Notes: generated by a model from the letters alone, not told the origin. A stretch of DNA of 63,973 nucleotides, filler included, from Folioceros fuciformis (GCA_049999805.1; 33 parts of 33 records of this genome joined end to end with filler, not necessarily neighbours in it); one strand, 5' to 3'. Shown: positions 12,831-26,240, counted from the whole stretch's first letter. Numbers and translations: made by a program.

Positions 12831-14756
12831 ATGCCTATGTTCCTTCTCCTTTAAGAGATAAGCTCTCTTCTCGAGCACGGAAACTTGTGTTTGTTGGCTA
12901 TGGGGAGGACCGCAAGGCGTATAAGTTAGTTGATACTCAATCTCATACCCCGGTGTATGCTCGCACGGTTACTTTTGATGAAGGATCTGTGCTGTCTCGT
13001 GGCCCTGTTGGGGATGCCGACGAGGATGACAGTTCTCATACTTCTACTCCTCGTCCCCTGGACGATCTATCTGTTTCTTTTGACCTTCATTCTTCGTCCT
13101 TTCCGGATGCTTCTGTTCCAGAGGCTCCTTCATCTCAAGCAGCTCCAGATTCTCCGGCTGCTGCTCGAGGGGGGGAAATAGAAGAAACTGAAGACAATGA
13201 AGATGAAGAACCTGCCGATCCAGTATTCGATCCTCCTAATCCACCTTCTGTACCTGATGTACCTTCAACAGGTGGCAGTACAGGGGATAGTGCCCCAGAG
13301 CGGCGGTATCCTTCACGTCAAAGACAACCACGACATTTGTGGGCGGAAAAACCATTTGATTTAGCGTTTAATCAAGCTGGATATATTGGTGTTGATCCCA
13401 CTATGTATTCTCTAGCGGTATCCTCTGCTCTTTCAGAGGGAGATCTGCTAACTCTCCGAGAAGCCTACTCTAGGCCGGATGCTGACAAGTGGAAGTTAGC
13501 TGTTGACGATGAGTACAATTCCTTAGTTAAAAATAATACTTGGCAGTTAGTGGATCTTCCTCCAGGAAGGACTACTGTCAAATGTAAGTGGGTGCTGAAA
13601 ACCAAGTTTCAAGAGGTAGAGCCCCGCATAAGACACAAAGCAAGGTTGGTCGCTAAGGGTTATAGTCAGCGAGAGGGAGTCGACTATCAGGGTGACCAGG
13701 TTTATTCACCTGTAGTCAAAGCCACGTCTATAAGGATGCTACTGGCCCTGTGTGCTGAACTTAACCTTACCATCTACCAATTAGATGTTTGCACAGCCTT
13801 TCTGTATGGTCATTTAGAAGAAGAAATCTATATGGATCAGCCTGAGGATTACAAAGATAAGAAATATCCTCATAAGGTGTGTAAACTTCTACGTTCCATA
13901 TACGGGCTTAAACAAAGCCCACGTCTTTGGTACAAGCGGATTGATACATATCTCAAGAAGATTGGCTTTGTGCAAAGTGAAGCTGACACTAATCTTTATG
14001 TACTGCGAAAAGATAGTTCGCTTGTGTTAATAGCTTTGTATGTGGATGACTTAGTCATTCCTGGTAATAATGTAGAGCTGGTTAACTAGATCAAGACTGA
14101 TCTCAGTAAAGAATTTGAGATGAAAGATCTTGGTCAAGTTAAGTATATATTAGGAATGCACGTACATAAAGATAGATCCACAGGAGCAATCTATCTTCAT
14201 CAAGGGAGATATGTAGCAGGCATGCTGAAGAAGTTTAATTTTGAGAATGCTCGTGCAGCTGCGACTCCAGGTGCTGTTGGTATTAAGCTATCCTCGTCGT
14301 CATGTCCTCAGTCTGAAGAGGATAAGAAGGAAATGGAAAGTGTGCCTTACAGAATGGCAGTGGGCACTCTCATGTTTCTTAGCAACTGGACGAGACCAGA
14401 CATATCTAACACTGTGAATGCAGTTGCGCAATTCTCTGAGAATCCAGGTAGAGACCACTGGGTTGCAGTTAAAAGGATAATGCGATACCTTAAGGGCACT
14501 CCTAACTTTGGTCTCTGCTACAAACCTAGCGGGAAGAAGCATTTGCAGCTCAGCTGTTATGTAGATGCAGATTGGGCTTCTGATGCTGATACCCGCAAAA
14601 GCCTTTCTGCTTATTGTTTTCTGGCTGGTTCCACAGTAATTAACTGGTCTTGCAGGAAACAAGCCTCCATCTCTCTGTCTTCTACAGAATCAGAGTATAA
14701 GGCATTGACAGAAGCCACAAAGGAAGCTGAGTGGGAAAGGAAACTATGTGAGGATC
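12831..14756 (+). mobile_element. pol: Ty1/copia family A integrase C-terminus, RT, RNase H (one internal stop)
   Basis: ORFs 12887-14089 and 14120-gap: KARLVAKGYSQ, SIYGLKQSPRLW, ALYVDDL, DADWASD, SSTESEY. Confidence 0.97.
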
Positions 14757-16130
14757 NNNNNNNNNNNNNNNNNNNNNNNNNNNNNNNNNNNNNNNNNNNN
14801 TTAATTAATTAANNNNNNNNNNNNNNNNNNNNNNNNNNNNNNNNNNNNNNNNNNNNGTGTGTCACCTTCACAACCAAAGATACGAGTTCTGTGAGTTCGT
14901 TTCACTTTCACTTTCGTGTCGCGAGGCTCGTGTCGAGGCCTGCATGTGTTAGCAACAGGTTTTGCATATGACCGGTGTCTGCTGGTGGAATTCCTTCATG
15001 CTCGTGCAAGAACAAGTTGCGAGATAGGCATCGAAGTGGCGCAGGGTGCTTACCGTCGCGCTTTGGTGGCTATGGCGACGCGGGAGTGTGCTCAGGAGTT
15101 GAGGCGGTGGCGAGATTTGCTTTGGACATTAGTTCTTCCCTGTCGTGTTGCCATTTTGCAAGCCTCCTTCTCATCTCGAGCACTTCTTGCTGGCTTAGTG
15201 GGAATCGAGGCGCGAGAGTCTGTGATGCTGTGTTGAGTTGATCCTGCAGTTCATCAAACTTCTGGCTGATAGTTCTGAGAAGTTGGTGGATGTTCTCACA
15301 TCTGTGGGCGCTTGCTCCTCGTGGGAGTTGCAGGACTGCCTCGTGTCACTGTGCGGCTGCTGCTTGGGTTCCACTTTGCTCACTGCTGGCCGAATCTGGT
15401 TGTTCTTGTGCACAGGATGGTGGCGCCTCATAGCAGATGGATTCTATTGGGTCACCTTCGTAAGGGCTCCACCTGCGCCTCTCCGTCTGCTTCAACCTGG
15501 CCATGGCAGCGTGTGTGATTTGGACTGGTGTGTGTGTGGTGTTTCCTTCAGCGCCCGCGCTCTTAAGGCTGCTTGCCCACGTTTCTTTTATGCTCCCAGC
15601 CGCGCGTGTGGGCATCGTTCTGTTGCTTATCTGTGAAGCCCGTGAATTTGTTGTCCATAAACGTTGTCGCGGGTTGTTGGTGTTTTCGTACTTAAAGCCT
15701 TAAAGCATGTTGGGCTTTAGTGAGGGTGTTGAGTATGGTAAACCCAACATGGGTTAGCCTAACTTAGGTTAGTTAACCTGTGGTTAGCTATATAGTTTAT
15801 TATTTTAAACCCTAAACATTCATATATGTGCTCTCTTGACTTCTTATAATGTAATGAACTATTCGTATGCTTTCTAGCTTCCCGCTATATGTTTTCAAGC
15901 ACATGACCAATAGGCGTGTCTTTAGGTGCAAGGCATTTGTGCATAAGTCCAAGGAGATAAGAACCAAGTTGNNNNNNNNNNNNNNNNNNNNNNNNNNNNN
16001 NNNNNNNNNNNNNNNTTAATTAATTAANNNNNNNNNNNNNNNNNNNNNNNNNNNNNNNNNNNNNNNNNNNNAGTCTTATAGCCAGCGAGTCGGTCGTGTT
16101 GAGAGGGAGTCTGTGTTATAGCAGAGTGTT

Positions 16131-16717
16131 TTGCAGTCAACTCTAGGTGATACTTCAGTCGTGGTATCATTGCTGGATAGCTTGCAGTCACTTGTTGGTG
16201 GTCAACCAGTCTCCTTGCCAGCCATTGTTCCATTGTCAGCCCCCGTAGTGGTTTCAGCAGGGGCTGTACTTCCTACGTCAAGTATCAGCCAAGTGGGTGG
16301 AGGAGTTGCTGTAAGGATGGCTGCTCCTATTCACAGCCGTCAGCAATACGTGAAGTTTGGAGACAAGAGAAGAGGGGAGGATGCTAAATCCTTCCTAAGG
16401 ACGTTCGAGCATGTGTCTCGTGCCAACATGGAGGACACTACAGCTGATCGTTTGAGGATCTTTCTAGGTTTGCTGAGAGGACAAGCTCAGCAGTGGTACA
16501 GCCGAACGTATGGAGTGACACAACCAGTGGATTGGGACAGCCTGAAGGACAATTTCTTGACCAGGTTTTGAGGTCTCAGCCATGGCCATCACACCTACGC
16601 GAGGTTGAGGACTTTGAAGCGAGGAAGGAAGAAGGATCTCTATGATTACATTGAGAGGTTCTACAGCTATGTGGACAGGATCCCACGTGGTAGGCCAGTT
16701 GTTCCAGGAGGTCCGAG
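16131..16717 (+). mobile_element. gag: Ty3/gypsy-type gag capsid fragment
   Basis: KFGDKRRGEDAKSFLRTFE...LRGQAQQWY...WDSLKDNFLTRF*...LKRGRKKDLYDYIERF matches the retrotransposon-gag pattern. Confidence 0.82.
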
Positions 16718-17817
16718 TAGAGTCTCTAGACTAACCCCAAAGAAAAGAAAGAAAGGAACACACTCCCCTCTCAGATATCTCCTCCCCACAACCTTACCAG
16801 ACGCCATGAAATGGCCGGCCTACAGCACTTGTCCAAACAGGGAACAAGAGTGGACAGGTCGAGAGAAAGACACATCCTTTACAATCAAGAGCTAGGGGCA
16901 AGCCCCTTTACCCTGGTCATTACACCTTGTGATCCTACTAGACATTGTACAACCAGCAACACGCGGCTTGCAATCCTACTAGACGTTGCACAGCTGGCAA
17001 CACACTGCAGGTCCTAAACCAAGTAGGGACAGACCACAAGAGCTCATGTAGAGAGTACATCCAAGAGCTCACAAAGTGACAGTTTGACTCCCAAAGTGAA
17101 TGACTACCTCCTCCTACAGGCTCACCTGATCTTATAGGAGCCTCTCTCTCTCTGACTTCACCTCTCTCTAACTTGACAAATATTATTTTAATAGGACCAC
17201 TAGCCTAGCCGACTGTCACCAGCCACTTATTTAGACTTCTAGCACATCCTGCCACCAATGAGCTGGCCCTACCACCACAAGGATCTACCACCTCTTAGAC
17301 TATCCTGAGACTTTGGAGGATGTCTGATCTTCAAAGATCTGCGGACGTCGCCTCTTCCTTGCTGCATGGCCGCCCGCTAAGTCTTCCCCTACAACTGTTC
17401 ACCCTTGGTGGCTGAGCCAACCTTCAAGGGAGGAGTATGAGTAGTGGGAAAGATAGAGAGGTGGTGGGAAGGAGTGGGATCAACAGCCAAAACCTGGCCT
17501 GAAAACGGTAGCTTATTCAGCGGAATCAACTTCCAGCCAAAATGGTTCCTCGGCCATGGAAGACTGACCCTAGGGTGCAGGAATAGGCCCTGAACTAGGA
17601 GGAGAAGAAAGCAGGTGAAACAGAGTTGAATTGGAATTTCTGGAATTAAATCCAGAAAAATAGGGGTAAAAATAGAAAAGGGGAAAAGGAAAATAAAAAG
17701 AAAAGAAATACGGGCATATGTATATGGCATACGTATCAGTACGTATTAAATACATATCTAAACCATATAAAATACAAGGGAGTGTACGTATACGGACCGT
17801 ATACGGTCCCTAAAACA
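16718..17817 (+). repeat. LTR-A, 5'-truncated copy with intact end
   Basis: Ends GGACCGTATACGGTCCCTAAAACA; two 41-bp units. Confidence 0.9.
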
Positions 17818-17965
17818 TTAAACTAGTGGGACTAAGAACAAGGGAGGGAGGAAGCACGACCTGTCNNNNNNNNNNNNNNNNNNNNNNNNNNNNNNNNNNN
17901 NNNNNNNNNTTAATTAATTAANNNNNNNNNNNNNNNNNNNNNNNNNNNNNNNNNNNNNNNNNNNN

Positions 17966-19333
17966 GCTCCCCTCCAGCTCCGATCAGGCGTAGGACAGGC
18001 CTCGCTGTCCGGCGGTCAGCTGCACCTCTCTCGGTGCCCACAAACTCACTCCAGTCACTACAACGACTCTAACCTCTCAGATCTGCGTCTTTCCTCACAC
18101 ACCTCACTCACTCTCTCACTCCAGCACCAACACCAGCAACTACCAGCCACCAGCAACGACACCACTACCTTCTACACTTCCCTACGGACTCCTCCTACCC
18201 GGCAAGAGTCACTAGACTAACCCCAAACAAAAGGAAGAAGGGAACACACTCCCCTCTTGGGTATCTCCCCCCTACAACCTTACCAGACACCATGAGACAT
18301 GGTCGGCCTACAACACTTGACCAAGCAAGGAACAAGAGTGGACAGGTTGAGGGAAAGACACATCCTTTACAATCAAGAGCCAGGGGCAAGCCCCTACACC
18401 TTGGTCATTACACCTTGTGATCGTACCAGACACGATACAACCGGCAACACGCTGCCCGCGATCCTACCAGACACTGTACAGCCGGCAACACGCTGCCTGC
18501 GATCCTACCAGACACTGTACAGCCGGCAACACACGGCTTGCGATCCTACCAGACGTTCCACAGTCGGCAACACACTGCAGGTCCTAAACCAAGCAGGGAC
18601 AGACCACAAGAGCTCATGACGAGAGGACCTCCTAGAGCTCACAAAGAGATAGACTGACTCCCAAAGTGAATGACTCCCTCCTCCTACAGGCTCACCTGAT
18701 CTTATAGGAGCCTATCTCTCTCTCTCTCTGACTTCACCTCTCTCTAACTTGAGAAATATTATCTTAATAGCCTAGCCGGCTGTCACCAGCCACTTATTTA
18801 GACTTCTAGCACAACCTGCCACCAATGAGCTGCTGGCCCTACCACCACAAGGATCTACCACCTCTTAGACTATCCAGAGACTTCGAAGGATGCCTGATCT
18901 TCAAAGGTCTACAGACGCCGCCTCTTCCTTGCTGGATGGTCGTCCGCTAAGTCTTCCCCTGCAACTGTTCACCCTTGGTGGCTGAGCCAGCCTCTAGGGG
19001 AGGAGCATGAGCAATGGGAAAGATAGAGAAGAGGTGGGAAGGAGTGGGATCAGCAGCCGGAACCTGGCCTGAAAACGGTAGCTTATTCAGCGGGATCAGC
19101 TCCCAGCCGAAATGGTTCCTCAGCCATGGAAGACTGACCCTAGGGTGCTGGGGAAGGCCCTGAACTAAGAGGAAAAGAAAGCAGGTGAAACGGGGTTGAA
19201 ATGGAATTTCTGGAATTAAATCCAGAAAAATAGGGAAGAAAATAGGATTGGGGAAATTAGGAAAATAAAAAAAAGGAATACGGGGGTACGTATACGGTAT
19301 ACGTATTAAATACGTATTAATACGTATCTAAAC
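17966..19333 (+). repeat. LTR-A partial copy
   Basis: Four 41-bp units; truncated shortly before the normal end. Confidence 0.9.
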
Positions 19334-19691
19334 TAGGCATGTGAATGCTGATTTTCTATCTAGGCTGAAAACGGGGAATGTGGTTCAGGACCAAGAAGAT
19401 GATTTTCCGGATGAGGCATTTTCAGCAGAACTGGAATTTCCAGTTCATCTCACACGGCAGCAGCAACGGCTGTTCTTGTACTTCACAAGGCTGGTGGTTA
19501 AGTACAAGGGCAAGCTGTATCGCACAGGAGCTGATGGCGTGGAGAGGTTGTGGGTCAAACCTGGCCAAGTGGAGCAAGTTATCAGCTCCCTACATGAGGG
19601 AGAGGCTGGAGGCCATTATGCAGCCCATGTGACCTGTAGAAAAATTCTGGCAGCAGGGTATTGGTGGCCAACAATGCATGCTGATGCTGGA
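19334..19691 (+). mobile_element. pol: Ty3/gypsy RNase H end + integrase Zn finger fragment
   Basis: HVNADFLSRL...LHEGEAGGHYAAHVTCRKILAAGYWWPTM. Confidence 0.9.
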
Positions 19692-19791
19692 NNNNNNNNN
19701 NNNNNNNNNNNNNNNNNNNNNNNNNNNNNNNNNNNTTAATTAATTAANNNNNNNNNNNNNNNNNNNNNNNNNNNNNNNNNNNNNNNNNNNN

Positions 19792-19837
19792 TTTTTCAAC
19801 CAAAACAACCCACTACCCCAAACTTTGGAGGTTCACA
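19792..19837. repeat. LTR-C terminus (...CCCCAAACTTTGGAGGTTCACA)
   Basis: Same CA-ending terminus at 22696 and 31190, each with a different flank. Confidence 0.8.
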
Positions 19838-22323
19838 ACAGCTGAAGTTCGACAACGGATCTTCATTCGTTCTAAAGGATGTTAGGCATGTTTCGAAGTT
19901 GCAAAAAACATAATTAGCGTAGCGCAGTTGGATGACGCTGGCTACCACTGTTGGTTTGGAGATCATTCTTGGAAGATCTCCAAAGGTTCCCTTGTGTTAG
20001 CTCGTGGATCGAAGTGTGGCACTTTGTACTCACTTCAGGTAACCACTGTCAAGGATCATGTGATTTGCGTAACGGAATAGCCAAGTGTTTTCTCGTGCAG
20101 TTAGAACATATGTCTCAAAAAGAAATGAAGATCTTATCTCGTTTTAGTTACGTCCCTGCTTTTGACTTCTCCAATTTCTCCGTGTGTCAGCATTGTTTGT
20201 ATGGGAAACAGACAAAGTCACCACAAGGAGCAAGAGGTAAACACAGAAGTAAACCTCTTGAATTGGTTCACACTGACGTTCATGGACCTATGCCCATTGT
20301 ATCGTTAGGCGGTGCATCCTATTTTTTCACTTTCATAGATGATTTCTCACGCAAGGTGTGGGTTTATCCTTTGAGGAAAAAGGATGATGTTCTGATAGTG
20401 TTTCAAAAATTCGTCACCCTTGTGGAGAATCAGTCTGGCCTCCGACTGAAGTGTCTAAGGACAGACAGCGGGGGAGAGTATGTTTCAAAGGCTTTCCAGT
20501 CATTCTGTGATTCGAAGGGAATCAAGAGAGAGTTGACCACGCCGTATACTCCTCCCCAAAATGGTGTGGCTGAACGGATGAAGAGGGCCATCCAGGAGAG
20601 GATGCGTAGTTTGTTGTTGAACTCTGGATTGCCTAACGGATTTTGGGCAGAAGTAGTGGTTACTGCACTACATCTTATGAATAGATCTCTTAATAGGGCT
20701 ATGGATGAACAGGTTCCAGAGGAGATGTAGTCTGGAAAGAAGCCGTGATACAAGCATCTACGAGTGTTTGGCTGCGAGGCATACTACCATGTCCCGAAGG
20801 AGTTTCGAGACAAGTTGGCTCCTAAGTCAAGAAAATGCATTTTTCTTGGCTATGGTGAATTTGGTGAGATGGGATACTGTCTGTGGGATCTAGAGGCCAA
20901 GAGGATGGTTCGCAGCAATGACGTGTTCTTCAATGAGATCAAGATGCACAAGAAGCCTACTCCAACTGTGGAGGTGCGACGGGTGGTCTTCGGGACGTCG
21001 TGATGTGCAAGAACAAGTTCCTCCACTTGTAGAAGAGAGAGTGCAACCAGCTCCGGTCGAGGCGCCAATGCTTCGTAGGTCAGGAAGGATTTCATGTCCT
21101 CTTGACAGGTATGTTGCATCTCTTGATTATGTCATGTTGACGGATTGTGGGGAGCCCTCTTGTTATCAAGAGGCAATGTCAATGACTGACAAGAACAAGC
21201 GGGAGAAGGCGATGCAGTCGCACATGGATTTGCTCCATCAAAATCAAACTTGGGAGTTGGTTCGGTTGCCTAGGAACAAGAAGGCGTTGCCATGCAAATG
21301 GGTGTATAAGATGAAGGACATACCCCATTATGGCAAACCCAAGTACAAGGCGCGATTGGTTGCTAAGGGTTTTAAGCAGCAGCAAGGTATTGACTTTGAT
21401 GAGATTTTCTCACCAATTGTCAAAAGGACCACCTTGCGATGTGTTGGTCTGGTTGCGAGGCATGACATGGAACTTGTCAAGATAGATGTGAAGTCGGCAT
21501 TTTTGCATGGTGATCTCTAAGAAGAGGTATACATGCAACAACCAGAGGGTTTCATTGCGAAGGGCAAAGAGAATATGGTGTGCAAGTTAAAGAAGAGCCT
21601 TTATGGTTTGAAGCAGGCACCCAGGGAGTGGTATTTCAATTTCCACTCATTTATGCTTTCTCAAGGCTACAAGAGTAGCAATGAGGATCATTGCCTCTAT
21701 ATGAAGCAAGCGAAGGATGGAAGCTTGCTCATTCTGGTCCTCTATGTGGATGATATGCTAATTGCTGGGACTAACAGCGATGAGATTTCAGCGTTGAAGT
21801 CAAAGTTGAATGCTTGCTTTGACATGATAGACTCGGGAGAGGCAAGCCATATTCTTGGCATGCGTATTTGTCGGGACAGACAGAAGCGTTTGCTTTACTT
21901 GTCTTAGACTGAGTACATTAACAAGGTGCTTCAATGTTTCAATATGGAGAAGGGGAAGGTATTGAGTACTCCGTTGCCTCCACATGTGAAACTGTCGAGC
22001 AAGGATTGCCCAAGTTCTGCAGAGGACAAAGCTGAAATGGAGAAGGTTCCATATTCATCAGCTGTAGGGAGTTTGATGTATGCAATGATTGCTACACGTC
22101 CTGACATTGCTTTTGCAGTGGGATTGGTTAGTAGGTTTATGTCAAACCCAAGCAGGAAGCATTGGGAGGCAGTGAAAGGAGTTATGAGGTATTTGAATGG
22201 TACGAAAGCTTTGTGCTTATGTTTTGGTAGTGAAGATGCATCTGTCGTGGGATATACAGATGCTGATTATGCGGGAGATATGGACAAAAGGAGGTCCACA
22301 TCATGTTATGTCTTCATGTGCAC
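19838..22323 (+). mobile_element. pol: Ty1/copia family B pol (integrase, RT, RNase H start), degenerate
   Basis: ELVHTDVHGP, FIDDFSRK, SLYGLKQAPREW, LYVDDML, GYTDADYAGD. Confidence 0.96.
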
Positions 22324-22423
22324 NNNNNNNNNNNNNNNNNNNNNNNNNNNNNNNNNNNNNNNNNNNNTTAATTAATTAANNNNNNNNNNNNNNNNNNNNN
22401 NNNNNNNNNNNNNNNNNNNNNNN

Positions 22424-22696
22424 ATCTTTAATTAATATTAAGCTAATCACCCAACCCTATGGCCTGGTACCGAACCTAAACCTTCCCAGGTCTGGGACCA
22501 AACCTATACCCACTCCTATAACCAAACCAACTATTTCCTAGTCAATTAACCCAATTAACACAAAGAAAAATAGGAAAAATGATCAGATTATCAAGGAAAA
22601 TTAGGGAAAATAAGTTGAAAAAGAAAACCAAACCATACCACTATTAACCCTTTTTCAACCAAAACAAACTACTACCCCAAACTTTGGAGGTTCACA
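22424..22696. repeat. LTR-C partial copy
   Basis: Near-identical to 31011-31190; ends GGTTCACA. Confidence 0.8.
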
Positions 22697-22961
22697 GGTT
22701 CCCTATGGCATTCAAGGTTAGACATTTTAACTAGCTTGTCATGATTTGCATGACCTAAGCGAGCATGCCATAGTTGTGCTAACTTAGCTTGAGAGTGAAC
22801 AACATGAGTACTTGCAGCAGGCACACATGGTAGATCCAACTTGTAAAGATCATGCTCTATTAGACCTCTGGCCACCATAGAGTTGTTGGAGCCCTGCTTG
22901 GAGATAAGACAGCCAGAGGAATGAAAGGTGAGATCAAAACAATTCAGACGCATGAGCTGAC
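22697..22961 (-). mobile_element. Copia GAG-pre-integrase fragment
   Basis: VARGLIEHDLYKL...LWHARLGHANHDKL. Confidence 0.85.
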
Positions 22962-23244
22962 TATAGGGTTATTAAAGCCCAATGTGCTTAGGCTAATGTG
23001 TTTAGTCTAAGATTAGTGTCTAGCTAATGTATCATTAGTTTAGATTAGCTTAAGCTAATCTGTAGGAAGCTTCTTACGCAGCTTCCTGTGAGCTTCTTGT
23101 GAAGCTTCCTAGGGAGCTCTTCTAGAGCGTATAAATACCCCCTTGAGCTCCCTTGCCAACCACTCTCAATATGACCTCTTTTTCTCCTCTCCTCTCTGCC
23201 TCCTCTTCTCCTCTCCTCCACCATGCTCCTCTAGTGTTCCTACA
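22962..23244 (+). repeat. 5' LTR of copia family B
   Basis: T(A)TAGGG...CCTACA termini (TGTAGGG in the copy ending at 49230); TATAAATA at ~23130; followed by a PBS. Confidence 0.85.
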
Positions 23245-23246
23245 AG

Positions 23247-23258
23247 TGGTATCAGAGC
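23247..23258 (+). promoter_or_regulatory. Primer-binding site for initiator tRNA-Met
   Basis: TGGTATCAGAGC, 2 nt after the LTR-terminal CA. Confidence 0.95.
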
Positions 23259-24025
23259 AAGTTGTGGAGCAGGTTGTGGAGCAAGATCATGAAGATGGCC
23301 ATCTAGGAGGGAGAGGGGCGCCACGCAGATGCCACCTCGACGCCATGCAGGCGCCACCTAGGCGCCATGTGAGAGCCACTTGGGCGCCACTTGGGCGCGA
23401 CTTGGGCACCACACGAGTGCCACCTTGGCGCCACCTAGGCGGCACTTGGGCACCACGTAGGCTCCACCTTGGTGCCATCAGGGCACCACGCAGGCGCCAC
23501 TTGAGCACCACTTGGGCGCCACGCAGGCGCCAGCTAGGCGCCATCGGGCACCACGTGGGCGCCCATGACGCGGGAAACGAGCGTGCCAGTGAAGCGAGGA
23601 CCCGATTGACGAGCGCTGGAAAGTGAACAAATCTCAGACGCCGGGAGCGAGAGTGTGGGCGCCGTATTGACCCCGGCTGAGGAAGTCAGGATCTCGATCA
23701 GACGTAGAAGGACATTCCTGTTGTGAGCGACAAAGGCCCAAGTTGTGGACATACGATTCGGAAGAAGTTGTGAGGGTAATCTGTAGAATCTACATTTCAT
23801 TTCGACCAATTTCTAACTAGCCTTTTGGTTGATTTGGATCGATTTTGAAGCATGACGTCCTCAGAAAACGTCATGTTCAATATCGAGAAGTTAGATGGGA
23901 CTAACTTCCCGTTCTGGAAAGAACAAGTGTATAATGTTCTAGTATAGAAGAAGCAGATCAAGCCCATCAAGCTGCTAGGAGTGAAACCTGTTAGCATGAC
24001 TCAGGATGAGTGGCAGGATCTAGAT
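23259..24025 (+). mobile_element. gag: Copia family B GC-rich leader and gag start
   Basis: GGCGCCA-rich leader, then MTSSENVMFNIEKLDGTNFPFWK from ~23852. Confidence 0.88.
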
Positions 24026-24193
24026 NNNNNNNNNNNNNNNNNNNNNNNNNNNNNNNNNNNNNNNNNNNNTTAATTAATTAANNNNNNNNNNNNNNNNNNN
24101 NNNNNNNNNNNNNNNNNNNNNNNNNATTATTTTGAGTACTCAATTATTAAATTGTATGTTTGCAACTTTTGCTTTTCTTAGGGTGAATTCAAT

Positions 24194-25835
24194 ATGCCAC
24201 GAGAACCAAGTAGTAAGAAGAAATTATCTTTGACGATGGGGCAAAAGAAAGAAATAATATTGTACAAAGATGCTCATAGTGGAGCTCCTAATCGAGAGGT
24301 TAGTGCTTGGGCTTCTCATCAATTCAGCATGCCAATTTCTGTTATGACCATAGGTCGAATTTTCAAGAAGGGAAATGAGTTTTGAAACGTCAAGGATCAT
24401 GAAGCTAACTCTAAACGAAGTAAGGATACATTTCATCCCAAGGTTGAGGAGGCTTTGTTTTGATGGTTTATAACGATGGAAGGAAATGTTACTATCTCTG
24501 ATGATATGTTGTGTGAAATGGGAAAACAGTTCTTTGATAGGTTACCAGAAGCAGAAAGGTTAGAAAAACCACTAACATTTTCTCATGGTTGGGTAGCAAA
24601 GTTTAAACATCGACATGGCATCAAAGGTTTTGTGAAGCATGGAGAAGCTGCAAGTGCTGATACATCGCAGGTGGTCCAAGATAGGATGGAAGACATTAAA
24701 AGTATCATGCGAGAATACGAGCCTCAGGATATTTTTAACATGGATGAAACAGGGTTGTTCTACAGATTGGAATCGAACAAAACATTGGCAATGAAGAGGC
24801 TGAGCGAGAAGAAAACTCCAAAGGAAAGGCTAATTGTTGCTTTAACCACCAATATGGATGGTAGTTATAAATTACCACCCTTTGTGATCAACAAATTCTT
24901 GAGGCCCAGAGCTTTTACTAGTCGCAACATTGGACGAGTGGTGAATTTGGGTATTCATTGGTCAGCAAACTCAAATGCTTGGATGTCGGTGGCTTTATTT
25001 GAGCAATTTATTCTCTTTTCTGATGCGAACATGAGAGTTAGGGGCCGTATTAATGTCTTGCTTCTTTTGGATAATGCTCCTGTTCATAAACTATCAGCTG
25101 AGACACAAAGTAAGCTTCAAATTACCAGGGTTGAATTTTTTCCTCCTAATGTTACGACTCGTTACCAACCCATGGATGTTGGTATTATACAGTCTTTTAA
25201 GGCCAATTACAAGAAAAGGCTTGTTCAGCATCAAATCCAAGAGATTCAAAATGGTAATTCTCCTCTTATTGATGTATATCAATCATGCTGTGACTATGTT
25301 GGAAAAAGCTTGGCGTATCCATGTTTAAGGGAAAATCATTAGAAATTGTTGGAAACACTCTGGGTTATGGCAGGAGAGAGCAAGTGGTAGCGTGTCGGAT
25401 TTAGACTTGAATCACCTTAGTTTTGAGACATGGAATGCTAACAGTGATGATGAGCAACAACAAGACAACCAAGCAACACGTGAAGATTTGTTCAATAGAG
25501 ATTACGCAGAAATAAAAATGCTTCTTTGTCAGCTGAGGGATTTAGGACTTTGCACAACAGGATTGACCCCTATTATGTCTGCAGAAGAATTTGTTGATTA
25601 TGAGGTGACAAATGCATATGCTATCTTTTCTACTCCGGATGCAGATGATAAATGGGCTTCTGTTCAACCTCCACTCGAAAATGAAGTTGTCGACGTTGAA
25701 AATTCTTTTGAAGAATATTATGAAGAAAGGCCTATTTTAGGTCGTGCTCAAGTAGAAGATGCACTTGGGGTGATACGCATGTTTTTGGAGCAACAACCAA
25801 ATGATATGATGTCTACAATTAGGAATTTGCAATAA
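24194..25835 (+). mobile_element. pogo/Tigger-like transposase (HTH-psq, CENP-B HTH, DDE_1), pseudogenised
   Basis: LTMGQKKEII, FSHGWVAKFKHRHGI, HGEAAS, FNMDETGLFY, LLDNAPVH, YQPMDVGII; stop at 24383-24385 and frameshift near 25290. Confidence 0.93.
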
Positions 25836-26012
25836 ATTGAGAAAGAAGTTAATTAGGAATTTGCAACAAATTGAGAAAGAAGTTTTAAAGCAAGTTAGGT
25901 CCTCTTTGAAACNNNNNNNNNNNNNNNNNNNNNNNNNNNNNNNNNNNNNNNNNNNNTTAATTAATTAANNNNNNNNNNNNNNNNNNNNNNNNNNNNNNNN
26001 NNNNNNNNNNNN

Positions 26013-26240
26013 TTCTTCGCGCCTTGATACTCTGGAAAAAAGGCATGAGTCTTCATCAGATACCATCTGATGCATCAAACTGTGTACGTGCTATATTACA
26101 AAGGTGTTAAAAAAAAGGTTCCTCGTCTTATGAACGGTCGTAACTAATAACTACCAAGCTAGGGTTAACGTTTCATATCTAATTAAGTATATATCAATGA
26201 CCTAATTAATAATCATTTAATTACTCAACACCCCCTCTCA
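26013..26240 (-). repeat. Polypurine tract + start of a 3' LTR (minus strand)
   Basis: Minus strand reads TGAGAGGGGG (26240-26231) then TGTTGAG from 26230. Confidence 0.65.

Noticed and set aside
17794-17817. Helitron 3' end (hairpin near terminus)
   Set aside because: Ends in CA rather than CTRR, and the other end is TG rather than TC.
23153-23626. R/A/P/W-rich ORFs (also 28930-29400, 42765-43304, 60776-61438)
   Set aside because: GC-rich repetitive DNA lacks stops in several frames by composition.
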